The notes: generated by a model not told the origin, from the letters alone. A stretch of 59,755 nucleotides of DNA, filler included, from 6 parts of 6 records of this genome joined end to end with filler, not necessarily neighbours in it, one strand, 5' to 3'; positions 45,752 through 54,754 are shown, counted from the whole stretch's first letter. Program-made: numbers and translations.

Positions 45752-48700
45752 GCAGCGCCGACTTCAAAATCCGCAAACGGACGGGCCAGCAGATCACCGC
45801 AGCCGCGCCCGAAGCCTCGGTCTGGGTGTCAGCGAACGCGGGCACCGGCAAGACCGGCGTGCTCGTCGACCGGATATCCAGATTACTCCTGGCGGGGGTT
45901 GAGCCGGAACGCATCCTTTGCCTGACCTTCACCAAGGCCGCCGCCGCAGAAATGGCCAACCGGCTCGCGGAACTGCTCGGCAAATGGTCGGCCATGCCCG
46001 ACGATGTGCTGCGCATGGAACTGCAGGCGCTGGGCGAAACCCCCGACGATCCAGATTTGCTGATCCGTGCGCGGCAGCTGTTCGCGATGACCCTCGAAGC
46101 ACCGGAAGGTCTCCGCATCCGCACCATTCATGCGTTCTGCGAATCCCTGCTCGGCCGGTTTCCGCTGGAGGCCCGTATCGCCCCCGACTTCCGGGTCATG
46201 GACGACCGCGACCAGCGCGAATTGCAGTTGCAGGCCCGCGACAGCGTGCTCGCCGATGCCGCATCAAGGGGGACTGGGCTGGCCGACGCGCTTTCCGCCG
46301 TCGCCGCTCTGGTCAACGAGGAACAGTTCGCAGAACTGATGAAGGAGCTGGACGGCACCCGGGCCAAATTCCGGGGTGCGCTCAGCAAATACGGCGGGCC
46401 GGATCAACTGGCGGACGCCGTCTATGGCGCCCTTGGCCTTGATCCGAACATCACTGCAGATGATGTCATCCGCGATGCCTGCATCATCGATGACGAGACC
46501 CGTGCCATGCTCGAGCGGCTTTGCACCGCCTGGGACGAAGGGGCTTCACAGAACAACGGCTTTGCCCGTGATACGCGGCAATGGCTGGCGATGCAGCCCG
46601 AACAACGGCACGGCTGCTGGCATGATCTCTATAAGTCGATCTTCATCAAGAAGGACGGCGGCCTGAAAGCCGAAAAAACACTGATGTCGAAGGGGGCGCT
46701 GAGCTTCGATCCGGACGCGCTCTCCCTGGCGATTGAACTGGGGGAACGCTGCCTCAGGACCCTCGATCTGCTCAAGCAGATCAGTGTCGCCAGCGCCACG
46801 GGCAACCTGATCCGCATCGGCGCGGCTCTGATCGATGCCTATGAAGGCATCAAGCAGCGCCACGCCCGGCTCGATTACGATGACCTGATCCAGCATGCCT
46901 CGGCACTGCTGAGTTCCGCATCGGGAGTCAGCTGGGTACACTACAAACTCGACGGCGGCATCGAGCATGTGCTGGTTGATGAAGCGCAGGACACCAGCCC
47001 CGAGCAGTGGCAGGTCGTAGAAGAAATCGCATCCGACTTTTTCTCGGGCGCAAGCCGCTATGAGGAAACCGCCGAACGACCGCGCACCATGTTCGCCGTC
47101 GGCGATGAGAAACAGTCGATCTACAGTTTCCAGGGCGCCGACCCGGTAATGTTCGGCACCATGAAGAACCGCTTCGGCGATCAGGTGCAGACCATCGGAC
47201 AGGTCTGGAAGCCGGTCGCCATGGCCGAGAGCTTCCGGTCCGCCCCGGCAATTCTGGATATCGTCGACAAGGTCTTCGAAGACGCAGATGCCGCGCGTGG
47301 ACTCAGCTTCGACGGCCAAAGGGTCGATCATATCTCGGCACGTCAGGGTCAGGCCGGACGTGTCACGCTCTGGCCCAAGGAAGTGCCCCAGGAAGACGAC
47401 GGCGAGGAAGACCCCTGGTACGTACCCCTGGATCACGTCAGCGCCGACAGCCCGCTGGCCCGCGTCGCGATCCGCATCGCCGACACCGTCAAGGGCTGGC
47501 TCGACAACGAGGAAATCCTGCCTGCACAGGGCCGCCCGGTGCGCCCGGGGGACGTACTGATACTCGTCCAACGCCGCCGCCGCATGGCGGAAACCCTTGT
47601 CGCAGCGCTGAAGGAACGGGGCATTCCCGTTTCCGGACGGGACCGGATGATCCTGCCCGACCAGCTCGTCATTCAGGACCTGATCGCGCTGGGCCGGTTG
47701 ACGCTGCTTGCGGATGACGATTTGAACACCGCGACGGTGCTCAAAGGCCCGCTGCTGGGTTTGAACGAGGAACAACTGTTTGCCCTCGCCTATGAGCGGC
47801 CCGGCACCCTGCTCGATGCGCTACGCGACAAACGCACTGAGGATGCGGCCTTTGCCCATGCCTGGGACAGAATCACCGCATGGCGCAATCGCGCCGATTT
47901 CATGCCGCCGTTCGAATTTTTCTCGAACGTGCTGAATGCCGACGGCGGGCGCCGACAGCTGCTGGCACGGCTCGGGCCGGACGCGGCGGATCCAATCGAT
48001 GATTTCCTCGCCGCCGCACTGGATTTCGAAGCCGATCACGTTCCCTCCATGGAAGGCTTCCTGCACTGGCTGGAAATCGGCGGCACCGAAGTGAAGCGCG
48101 ACCTCGAACAGGGCCGGAACGAGGTCCGCGTGATGACCGTTCACGGCGCCAAGGGCTTGCAGGCGGAAATCGTTTTTCTGGCCGATGCCTGTTCCGTGCC
48201 CGCGCCGCAGACCGACGACAGGATCAGGTGGCCCGACGGCGATATCCCGATGTGGCCCGGCATCAAGGACAACGAGACCGAGGCCCTGCTGGATCTGAAA
48301 CTGCAAAAGCGTGCACAGGCCCTGGAGGAATATCGCAGGCTTTTGTATGTCGGCCTGACCCGCGCCAAGGATCGGCTGTATGTCACCGGCTTTACGACGG
48401 CCCGATCCGGCAACGAACCGTCCTGGTACGACATGATCGAACGCGCCATGGACGAGGTCGCCGTCCCGGAGACCGAGGCCGACAGCCGCATCCGGCTTGT
48501 CTATGACAAACCGCAGACGGCGGAGCCGGACGGCGCCAGGGTGGCCGAAAGCGACCGCGCCGCGGACAGCCCCTTGCCCGGCTGGGCCACCGCCGCGCCC
48601 GAACGTGAACCGCTGCCGCCGAAACCGCTCAGCCCGTCGCGCCCGGATGACGAGGAGCCGCCGGTGCGCTCTCCGCTCAGCGGCGATGACGGCCAGCGCT

Positions 48701-49200
48701 TTAAACGCGGTAATGTGGTGCATGCGCTGATGCAGACTTTACCGGAGCTTGCCCCGGCGCTCAGGCGCGAGGCCGCCAAAAGCTATATCGCCCGCCCGGC
48801 GCACGGATTCGATACGCATATGCAGAGTGCTCTGCTGGATGAAGTCATGGCGGTTCTTGAAGACCCGGCGTTTGCCGCCGTGTTCGGTCCCGGGTCCCGT
48901 GCCGAGGTTCCGGTTACGGGCACCATCGAGACTGGGGACGGTCCCCGCGTCATTTCCGGGCAGATCGACCGGCTGGTGCACACCGGCACGGAACTGATGA
49001 TTGTCGACTTCAAGACCAACCGACCGCCCCCGGCGCTGGCCCGGGATGTGGCGCCGCTGTATCTCAAACAGATGGCGACGTACCGCGCCGCGCTCAGGCG
49101 GATATTCCCGGATTTACCGGTCCGCGCGTTCCTACTGTGGACAGATGGTCCCAAGTGCATGGAATTACCGGATGAATTACTGGTGCCTTTGGCACCTTGA
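45748..49200 (+). CDS. addA: Double-strand break repair helicase-nuclease AddA
   Basis: ANAGTGKT, LTFTKAAAAEM, VDEAQDT, VGDEKQSIYSFQGA, MTVHGAKGL, LYVGLTRA, GQIDRL...VDFKTN; ATGA overlap with addB. Confidence 0.95.
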   Translation: MSSADFKIRKRTGQQITAAAPEASVWVSANAGTGKTGVLVDRISRLLLAGVEPERILCLTFTKAAAAEMANRLAELLGKWSAMPDDVLRMELQALGETPDDPDLLIRARQLFAMTLEAPEGLRIRTIHAFCESLLGRFPLEARIAPDFRVMDDRDQRELQLQARDSVLADAASRGTGLADALSAVAALVNEEQFAELMKELDGTRAKFRGALSKYGGPDQLADAVYGALGLDPNITADDVIRDACIIDDETRAMLERLCTAWDEGASQNNGFARDTRQWLAMQPEQRHGCWHDLYKSIFIKKDGGLKAEKTLMSKGALSFDPDALSLAIELGERCLRTLDLLKQISVASATGNLIRIGAALIDAYEGIKQRHARLDYDDLIQHASALLSSASGVSWVHYKLDGGIEHVLVDEAQDTSPEQWQVVEEIASDFFSGASRYEETAERPRTMFAVGDEKQSIYSFQGADPVMFGTMKNRFGDQVQTIGQVWKPVAMAESFRSAPAILDIVDKVFEDADAARGLSFDGQRVDHISARQGQAGRVTLWPKEVPQEDDGEEDPWYVPLDHVSADSPLARVAIRIADTVKGWLDNEEILPAQGRPVRPGDVLILVQRRRRMAETLVAALKERGIPVSGRDRMILPDQLVIQDLIALGRLTLLADDDLNTATVLKGPLLGLNEEQLFALAYERPGTLLDALRDKRTEDAAFAHAWDRITAWRNRADFMPPFEFFSNVLNADGGRRQLLARLGPDAADPIDDFLAAALDFEADHVPSMEGFLHWLEIGGTEVKRDLEQGRNEVRVMTVHGAKGLQAEIVFLADACSVPAPQTDDRIRWPDGDIPMWPGIKDNETEALLDLKLQKRAQALEEYRRLLYVGLTRAKDRLYVTGFTTARSGNEPSWYDMIERAMDEVAVPETEADSRIRLVYDKPQTAEPDGARVAESDRAADSPLPGWATAAPEREPLPPKPLSPSRPDDEEPPVRSPLSGDDGQRFKRGNVVHALMQTLPELAPALRREAAKSYIARPAHGFDTHMQSALLDEVMAVLEDPAFAAVFGPGSRAEVPVTGTIETGDGPRVISGQIDRLVHTGTELMIVDFKTNRPPPALARDVAPLYLKQMATYRAALRRIFPDLPVRAFLLWTDGPKCMELPDELLVPLAP

Positions 49201-49297
49201 CGGGGTCATGGCAGCTACCTAGATTCCATTAACACAGTCGTTGCGTGGCTGAGCAGTGCCGCCATCGATTACAGCTTTTTTTGAAGGGATACACCTT

Positions 49298-49615
49298 ATG
49301 CCCAAGCAAGTTACCGACAGCTCGTTTCAACAGGACGTCCTTGGCGCATCCGGCCCCGTGGTCGTGGATTTCTGGGCCGAATGGTGCGGTCCGTGCAAGC
49401 AGATCGCGCCGGCTCTTGAAGAGATTTCGGCGGAAATGGGTGACAAGGTCACCATTGCCAAGATCAATATCGACGACAATCCGGAAACGCCCAGCAACTA
49501 TGGCGTCCGCGGGATTCCGACGCTGATGCTGTTCAAGGACGGCGAGGTCGCGGACACCAAGGTCGGTGCGCTGCCGAAAAGCCAGCTGGTCCAGTGGATC
49601 GAACAGAATCTGTAA
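49298..49615 (+). CDS. trxA: Thioredoxin
   Basis: [16 protein letters not shown]; conserved position after addA; RBS GAAGGGA. Confidence 0.96.
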   Translation: MPKQVTDSSFQQDVLGASGPVVVDFWAEWCGPCKQIAPALEEISAEMGDKVTIAKINIDDNPETPSNYGVRGIPTLMLFKDGEVADTKVGALPKSQLVQWIEQNL

Positions 49616-49645
49616 TCCCGCCCAACGGGGTCATATCAGGTTTCC

Positions 49646-49679
49646 GGACCCCGCCCGCAACGGCGGGGTTCGTTTTTTT
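49646..49679 (+). terminator. Intrinsic terminator after trxA
   Basis: ggaccccgcc-cgcaac-ggcggggttc hairpin followed by a T7 tract. Confidence 0.8.
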
Positions 49680-49702
49680 CAGGGAATAGACAGGGGTAAA
49701 CG

Positions 49703-50473
49703 ATGAGCAAACTCGACATCAGGCAGATACCGGTGCTCAACGACAATTACGTGTATCTGGCCCATTGCCCGGAAACCGGCGCCACCGCCGTTGTCGACCC
49801 TGCCGTTGCCGGCCCGGTGCTCGATACCCTCAAGGAAACCGGCTGGTCCCTGACGCATATCCTGAACACGCACCACCACAACGACCACACCGGCGGCAAC
49901 ATGGAACTGAAGAACGCCACCGGGTGCACCATCGTCGGCCCGAGTGCCGATCGCGACCGGATTCCCGGCATCGATGTCGAAGTCGGCGACGGTGATACGT
50001 ATCAAGTCGGCAATGCAGAGGCCGCAGTCTTTGACGTCCCCGGCCATACCCGTGGTCATATCGCCTACTGGTTCGCGGGCTCGGACGCACTGTTTTGCGG
50101 CGACACCCTGTTCGTCATGGGCTGTGGGCGGTTGTTCGAAGGCACACCGGCGCAGATGGTGAACTCGCTTTCGAAGTTCGACAGCCTGCCGGGTGAGACG
50201 CGGGTTTACTGCGCACATGAATACACCCAGTCCAACGGCCGCTTTGCGCTCAGCGTCGAGCCCCATAACGATGATCTGATCCGCCTCATGAAGGACGTCG
50301 ACGACAAACGGGCCAAGGGTATTCCGACCGTGCCGTCGACCCTGGCGCAGGAACGCAAAACCAACCCGTTCCTCCGCCCCGACAGCGCCGATATTCAGGC
50401 GACGCTGGGCATGCAGGGGGCTGACATCGTCGATGTCTTCGCCGAAGTGCGGAAGCGTAAAGACAGTTTCTAA
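49703..50473 (+). CDS. gloB: Hydroxyacylglutathione hydrolase (glyoxalase II)
   Basis: DNYVY, THHHNDHTGG, PGHTRGH, FCGDTLF..GCGR, CAHEYT, TNPFLR. Confidence 0.95.
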   Translation: MSKLDIRQIPVLNDNYVYLAHCPETGATAVVDPAVAGPVLDTLKETGWSLTHILNTHHHNDHTGGNMELKNATGCTIVGPSADRDRIPGIDVEVGDGDTYQVGNAEAAVFDVPGHTRGHIAYWFAGSDALFCGDTLFVMGCGRLFEGTPAQMVNSLSKFDSLPGETRVYCAHEYTQSNGRFALSVEPHNDDLIRLMKDVDDKRAKGIPTVPSTLAQERKTNPFLRPDSADIQATLGMQGADIVDVFAEVRKRKDSF

Positions 50474-50488
50474 TTATTTTACTTACAA

Positions 50489-50538
50489 ATATGATCCTAT
50501 TGAATTACTCTTTTCAGAGGAAATTAATAGGGTCATAT
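50489..50538 (+). promoter_or_regulatory. 23-bp-arm inverted repeat covering the translation initiation region of the Abi-like gene
   Basis: 50489-50511 pairs with 50516-50538: 19 Watson-Crick, 2 G-U, 2 mismatches, 4-nt loop; ends 5 nt before the TTG. Confidence 0.55.
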
Positions 50539-50543
50539 AACCT

Positions 50544-51368
50544 TTGAGCGAAAACAAACCCTCTCAAACGTCCCTAAAGACGGCGGCAATATTAACTGGC
50601 ATTATTGTGGTTGGTTTGATTGCAGCCTACGCCGTCTTGATTATTTCTCTGTCTTGGCCAGTACAATTCGGAAACATTGATAAAGCTGGCACATTTGGTG
50701 ACAGTTTTGGAATATTAACATCACTGTTCTCTGGTCTAGCATTTGCCGGGATCGTTTTTACAATCCTGTTGCAGCGCCAAGAACTTCAGCTACAACGCCG
50801 AGAGCTAGAACTCACCAGAAGAGAACTAGCTAGCCAGAACGAAACAGCCAAGCGTCAGAATTTTGAAAGTACTTTTTTTCAAATGCTTCGGCTGCAGAAT
50901 GACATTTTAAATTCTATTGACGAGACTCAATCATCGTCTGCTGGAATTGAAATCTTCTCAGGAAGGGATTGTATCACGAGGTTTTACGGTCAACTGGGCA
51001 AACAATATAAAAACACTAAAAAAAACAATCCAAATCTTACTGAGTTGGAAGTCGTCAATAATTCATACGATGTGTTTATAAAAGGCTACTCAAGGGAGCT
51101 AACACACTATTTTCGTTACATTTTTACAATATTTAGATTTATCAATAATAGCGATGTTGAAAACAAAAAATTTTATACTGATATAGTCAAAGCTCAACTT
51201 TCAGACGACGAACGACTGCTACTTTTTTACAACTGCATTCACCATACAAGGGAGGGTACATCGAAAGTTTTAATCGAAAAATATGGTTTATTAAGAAATA
51301 TTCCTTTCGACCGGTTGCTTGATAAATCTCATCGTGAAATTTTCTACGCAAAAACTGCATTCAATTAA
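50544..51368 (+). CDS. Putative phage abortive infection protein (putAbiC-like): 2 N-terminal TM helices + coiled coil + C-terminal domain
   Basis: GTFGDSFG...LFSGLAF...TILLQRQELQLQRRELELTRREL, QNFESTFFQML, HYFRYIF, KFYTDIVKAQLSDDE..LLFYN, LIEKYGLL; markedly AT-rich compared with the flanking genes. Confidence 0.8.
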   Translation: MSENKPSQTSLKTAAILTGIIVVGLIAAYAVLIISLSWPVQFGNIDKAGTFGDSFGILTSLFSGLAFAGIVFTILLQRQELQLQRRELELTRRELASQNETAKRQNFESTFFQMLRLQNDILNSIDETQSSSAGIEIFSGRDCITRFYGQLGKQYKNTKKNNPNLTELEVVNNSYDVFIKGYSRELTHYFRYIFTIFRFINNSDVENKKFYTDIVKAQLSDDERLLLFYNCIHHTREGTSKVLIEKYGLLRNIPFDRLLDKSHREIFYAKTAFN

Positions 51369-51449
51369 TTTAGATTTTTTATCAGCCCAACGCCTCGCCC
51401 CAAACTTTTCTTACGCCACACGAATTCTAGTTCTACATCACGGAGCAGC

Positions 51450-51535
51450 CGTCACCCTGAACTCGTTTCAGGGTCCATACCTTCACGCTGAGACTGTGCC
51501 GGGAACATGGGTCCTGAATCAAGTTCAGGACGACG
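51450..51535. repeat. REP-like palindromic element (two inverted 29-nt arms, each self-palindromic)
   Basis: cgtcaccctgaactcgtttcagggtccat ... atgggtcctgaatcaagttcaggacgacg; the contig ends exactly at the element's edge. Confidence 0.75.
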
Positions 51536-51635
51536 NNNNNNNNNNNNNNNNNNNNNNNNNNNNNNNNNNNNNNNNNNNNTTAATTAATTAANNNNNNNNN
51601 NNNNNNNNNNNNNNNNNNNNNNNNNNNNNNNNNNN
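51536..51635. other. Artificial contig linker 5
   Basis: 44 N + TTAATTAATTAA + 44 N. Confidence 0.98.
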
Positions 51636-51780
51636 GCACAATGCCGCGCTGGTCGAGGAAACCAATGCGGCCATCGAGCAGACCGAAGTCCAGGCCCGCC
51701 AGCTCGACGAGATTGTCGAGATCTTCCGCGTTTCGGACGGTAACGCCGACCGCGCGCAGCCGAGGGTTCGGGCCGCCTAG
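51636..51780 (+). CDS. C-terminus of a methyl-accepting chemotaxis protein (5'-truncated; not in ORF track)
   Basis: Frame from 51637 reads HNAALVEETNAAIEQTEVQARQLDEIVEIFRV...*, a typical MCP methylation helix. Confidence 0.85.
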
Positions 51781-51814
51781 CCACAGGCGGCGCGCGCTAC
51801 TGCCCATGGCAAAA

Positions 51815-51897
51815 CCAAATCCCCTGTGCAGCCTGCCCAAGCCTTAGGCAATTGGTTGGGCTTGCACAGGATTTGGCATTTTTTACTTTACAGTCAA
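51815..51897 (+). promoter_or_regulatory. Regulatory region of the ABC operon: long hairpin/possible terminator, NtrC-like palindrome (51834-51850) and RutR-like palindrome (51882-51897)
   Basis: ccaaatcc..tgtgca / tgcacaggatttgg stem followed by a T tract; TGCCCAA-gcc-TTAGGCA; TTTACtttacaGTCAA. Confidence 0.4.
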
Positions 51898-51947
51898 AAA
51901 TCGCCGCGCTTCTATCATCCTTGGCAAAACCAAGGGGTACATCCATC

Positions 51948-52979
51948 ATGCTTAACCGCAGAATGTTCACGCTGGCCGCCGGGTCGCTGGTTCTGGGCGC
52001 CGGCCTTGCAGCTCCGGTAATGGCGCAGGACCTGACGCCGGTCCGCTTCACGCTCGACTGGCGCATCGAAGGTCCGGCCGCCGGCTTCATGCTGGCCCGC
52101 GACAATGGCTATTTCGCAGAAGAAGGGCTCGATGTGACGTTCGACGTCGGCAACGGGTCGGTCGAAGTCATCCCGCGCGTCGCCACCGGTGCCTATGACA
52201 TGGGCTTTGGCGATATCAACTCGCTCATCAAGTTCCTCGATGAAGATGCCAGCCAGCCGATCAAGGCGATCATGATGATCTATGAAACCCCGACCTTCTC
52301 GGTCGTGGGCCGGTCGTCCCTCGGCATCACCGAAGATCCCGCCTCGCTCGAAGGCAAGACGCTGGGCGCGCCGCCGCCCGATGGCGCGTTTGCCCAGTGG
52401 CCGGCGTTCGTTGAGGCTTCCGGCATCGACACGTCCGACATTACCATCGAATCCATCGGCTTCCCCGTGCGTGAGCCGATGCTCGCGCAGGGCGATGTGG
52501 ACGCTGTGTTCGGGTTCGCCTTCTCGGTGATCCTCAATCTCAAGGCGCAAGGCGTACCTGACGAAGACATCGTGCCGATCATGATGGCCGATTACGGGCT
52601 TGAGCTCTACGGCAACTCGATCATGGTCAACACCAACTTCGCCGAGGAAAATCCCGAAGTGGTCGAAGCCATGCTGCGCGCGCTGGCCAAGGGCTTTGCC
52701 GATGCGGTGGCCGATCCTGCTGCCGGTGCGGCAGCCGTGGTTGCCGCCAATGACATTCTCGATATCGGCATCGAAACCGAGCGCCTGACCATGGCCAACG
52801 AGATGAACATCAATACCGCTTACGTTCAGGAGAACGGGTTCGGCGGCATCGATTTCGACCGTCTCGACCGCGCCATCGCTCAGTTGGGCACCTCGATCGG
52901 CATTTCGTCCGACATCTCGGCTGCCGATGTGTTCGACGACAGCTATCTGCCGCCCGCCGAAGAGCGCATGTTCGAGTAG
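51948..52979 (+). CDS. ABC transporter substrate-binding protein, NMT1/THI5 (NitT/TauT) family
   Basis: Signal MLNRRMFTLAAG...AMA, FTLDWRIEGP, GYFAEEGLDV, LELYGN; very acidic mature protein. Confidence 0.9.
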   Translation: MLNRRMFTLAAGSLVLGAGLAAPVMAQDLTPVRFTLDWRIEGPAAGFMLARDNGYFAEEGLDVTFDVGNGSVEVIPRVATGAYDMGFGDINSLIKFLDEDASQPIKAIMMIYETPTFSVVGRSSLGITEDPASLEGKTLGAPPPDGAFAQWPAFVEASGIDTSDITIESIGFPVREPMLAQGDVDAVFGFAFSVILNLKAQGVPDEDIVPIMMADYGLELYGNSIMVNTNFAEENPEVVEAMLRALAKGFADAVADPAAGAAAVVAANDILDIGIETERLTMANEMNINTAYVQENGFGGIDFDRLDRAIAQLGTSIGISSDISAADVFDDSYLPPAEERMFE

Positions 52980-52989
52980 TTGACGCAAT

Positions 52990-53020
52990 CCCGGCCGGAC
53001 CGATCAACGGCCCGGCCGGG
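52990..53020 (+). promoter_or_regulatory. Intercistronic GC-rich stem-loop after the binding-protein gene
   Basis: cccggccggaccg-atcaa-cggcccggccggg, no U tract. Confidence 0.55.
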
Positions 53021-53045
53021 CCAGACTTGGGGGCAGGGGCTGACC

Positions 53046-53837
53046 ATGAGCAAACCGCTCGTTGAAATCGACAATGTCGACATGCGCTATGGCGGCGCCG
53101 ATGGCACATTGGCCGTGTCGGGTCTCGACATGGCCGTCGCCAAGGGCGAATTCGCCGCTGTGGTCGGGCCGTCAGGGTGCGGAAAATCGACACTGATGAA
53201 GCTGGTCACCGGCCTGCAAATCCCGCAGACCGGGGTGGTGACGGTGGCGGGCAGCTACGTCACCAAGCCGGTCTCCATCGTCGGCATGGCGTTCCAGAAC
53301 CCCACAATGCTGCCCTGGCGTACTACGCTGGACAATATCCTGCTGCCGCTCGAGATCGTCGAAAAGCACCGCCACCGCCTGCGCCGGCACAAGGCCGAGT
53401 ATGTTGCCAAAGCCGAGGCGCTGCTTGAAACTGTTGGGCTCAAAGGCTTCGGCTCGAAATTTCCCTGGCAGCTCTCGGGCGGCATGCAGCAGCGGGCCAA
53501 TCTGTGCCGCGCGCTGATCCACGAGCCCGAGCTTTTGATGCTCGACGAGCCGTTCGGGGCGCTCGATGCGTTCACCCGCGAGGAGCTCTGGCAGGTGATC
53601 CGCGATCTGCACGCCGCGCAGGGTGTTACCATTGTGCTGGTCACTCACGATCTGCGCGAAGCGGCGTTTCTGGCCGACACTATCCACGTGATGAGCGCGC
53701 GCCCGGGCCGGGTGGTCAACGTCCACAAGGTGCCGTTCGCGCGGCCGCGCGCGCTCGATGTGATGTACGAGCCGGCGTTCAACGAGATGGTTCACGCATT
53801 GCGGGCCGAGATCGCCGAAGCGAGGGCAGTGGCATGA
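53046..53837 (+). CDS. ABC transporter ATP-binding protein (NitT/TauT family)
   Basis: GPSGCGKST, LSGGMQQR, LMLDEPFGALD, VTHD. Confidence 0.93.
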   Translation: MSKPLVEIDNVDMRYGGADGTLAVSGLDMAVAKGEFAAVVGPSGCGKSTLMKLVTGLQIPQTGVVTVAGSYVTKPVSIVGMAFQNPTMLPWRTTLDNILLPLEIVEKHRHRLRRHKAEYVAKAEALLETVGLKGFGSKFPWQLSGGMQQRANLCRALIHEPELLMLDEPFGALDAFTREELWQVIRDLHAAQGVTIVLVTHDLREAAFLADTIHVMSARPGRVVNVHKVPFARPRALDVMYEPAFNEMVHALRAEIAEARAVA

Positions 53838-54652
53838 CCGACAATCCCGCCCCCGCCGTAACCGTCAGCCAGCCGATTGCCAAAAAGCCGTTCAACTGGC
53901 TGCCGTGGATGCCGTGGATCTATACAGTCGCGCTGTTTGCCATCTGGGAAGTCGGCGTGCGGCTTTCGGGCTTACCCCACACTGTATTTCCGGCGCCCTC
54001 GCGGATTTTCGAGGCGATCATCCAGTATTGGCCGGCCATCCAGCGCCATTCGATCCAGACGCTCTATACGACCACCCTGGGGTTCATCCTCGCCGTGGTC
54101 GGTGGGCTGGCGCTGGGGCTGTTGATCGGCTGGTCGCGCACCATTTATGCCGGGCTTTACCCGATCATGGTGGGGTTCAACGCCATCCCCAAGGTCGCGC
54201 TGGTGCCCATCCTCGTCATCTGGTTCGGCATCGGCACGGTGCCGGCCGTGCTGACGGCATTCCTCATCGCCTTTTTCCCCATCGTCGTGAACGTCGCGAC
54301 GGGGCTTGCCACCATCGAGCCGGAAACCGAGGACGTGTTGCGGGCGCTGGGGGCCAAGAAGATGGACATCATGCTCAAGGTGGGTATCCCGCGCTCGATG
54401 CCGTACTTCTTCGGTTCGCTCAAAGTGGCGATCACCCTGGCGTTCGTCGGCTCGGTGATTTCCGAAACCGTCGCCGCCAATTCCGGCCTCGGCTACATGA
54501 TGAGCGCCGCCCAGAGCCAGTTCAACGTGCCGCTGGTCTTTGCCGGGCTGGTGATGCTGGCCGTCGAAGGGATCATCATGTACGCGCTCATGGCCTGGAT
54601 CGAAAAGCGCACCACCGGCTGGGCGCACCGCTCGACCACGATGGCGGGGTAG
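53834..54652 (+). CDS. ABC transporter permease (NitT/TauT family)
   Basis: Six hydrophobic segments, IPKVALVPILVIWFGIG, EAA-type loop LRALGA; ATGA overlap. Confidence 0.92.
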   Translation: MTDNPAPAVTVSQPIAKKPFNWLPWMPWIYTVALFAIWEVGVRLSGLPHTVFPAPSRIFEAIIQYWPAIQRHSIQTLYTTTLGFILAVVGGLALGLLIGWSRTIYAGLYPIMVGFNAIPKVALVPILVIWFGIGTVPAVLTAFLIAFFPIVVNVATGLATIEPETEDVLRALGAKKMDIMLKVGIPRSMPYFFGSLKVAITLAFVGSVISETVAANSGLGYMMSAAQSQFNVPLVFAGLVMLAVEGIIMYALMAWIEKRTTGWAHRSTTMAG

Positions 54653-54670
54653 CGCGGCCCCTCTGCGCTG

Positions 54671-54750
54671 CCCCGGTGAAAACCGGGGTCCATGGGCACA
54701 TCCTCGGGCAACAGCGCAAGGCGCCATGCTGCTGGCCCCCGGTTTTCACC
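54671..54750. repeat. REP-like inverted-repeat element between convergent genes
   Basis: ggtgaaaaccggggtcca (54675-54692) vs tggcccccggttttcacc (54733-54750), 17/18 complementary; the left arm is also a hairpin ccccggt-gaaa-accgggg. Confidence 0.65.
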
Positions 54751-54754
54751 TCGA

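Noticed and set aside
42375-49160. Numerous overlapping and antisense ORFs within murU, addB and addA
   Set aside because: Expected shadow ORFs of high-GC coding DNA; no motifs or RBS support
51385-51449. Integron attC site after the Abi-like gene (GCCCAAC fits RYYYAAC)
   Set aside because: No complementary GTTRRRY end or L-box stem at a suitable distance
51781-51947. TPP riboswitch upstream of the THI5-like binding protein; sigma-54 promoter
   Set aside because: No CTGAGA/ACCTG...AGGGA core; TGGCA occurrences lack the GC at -12
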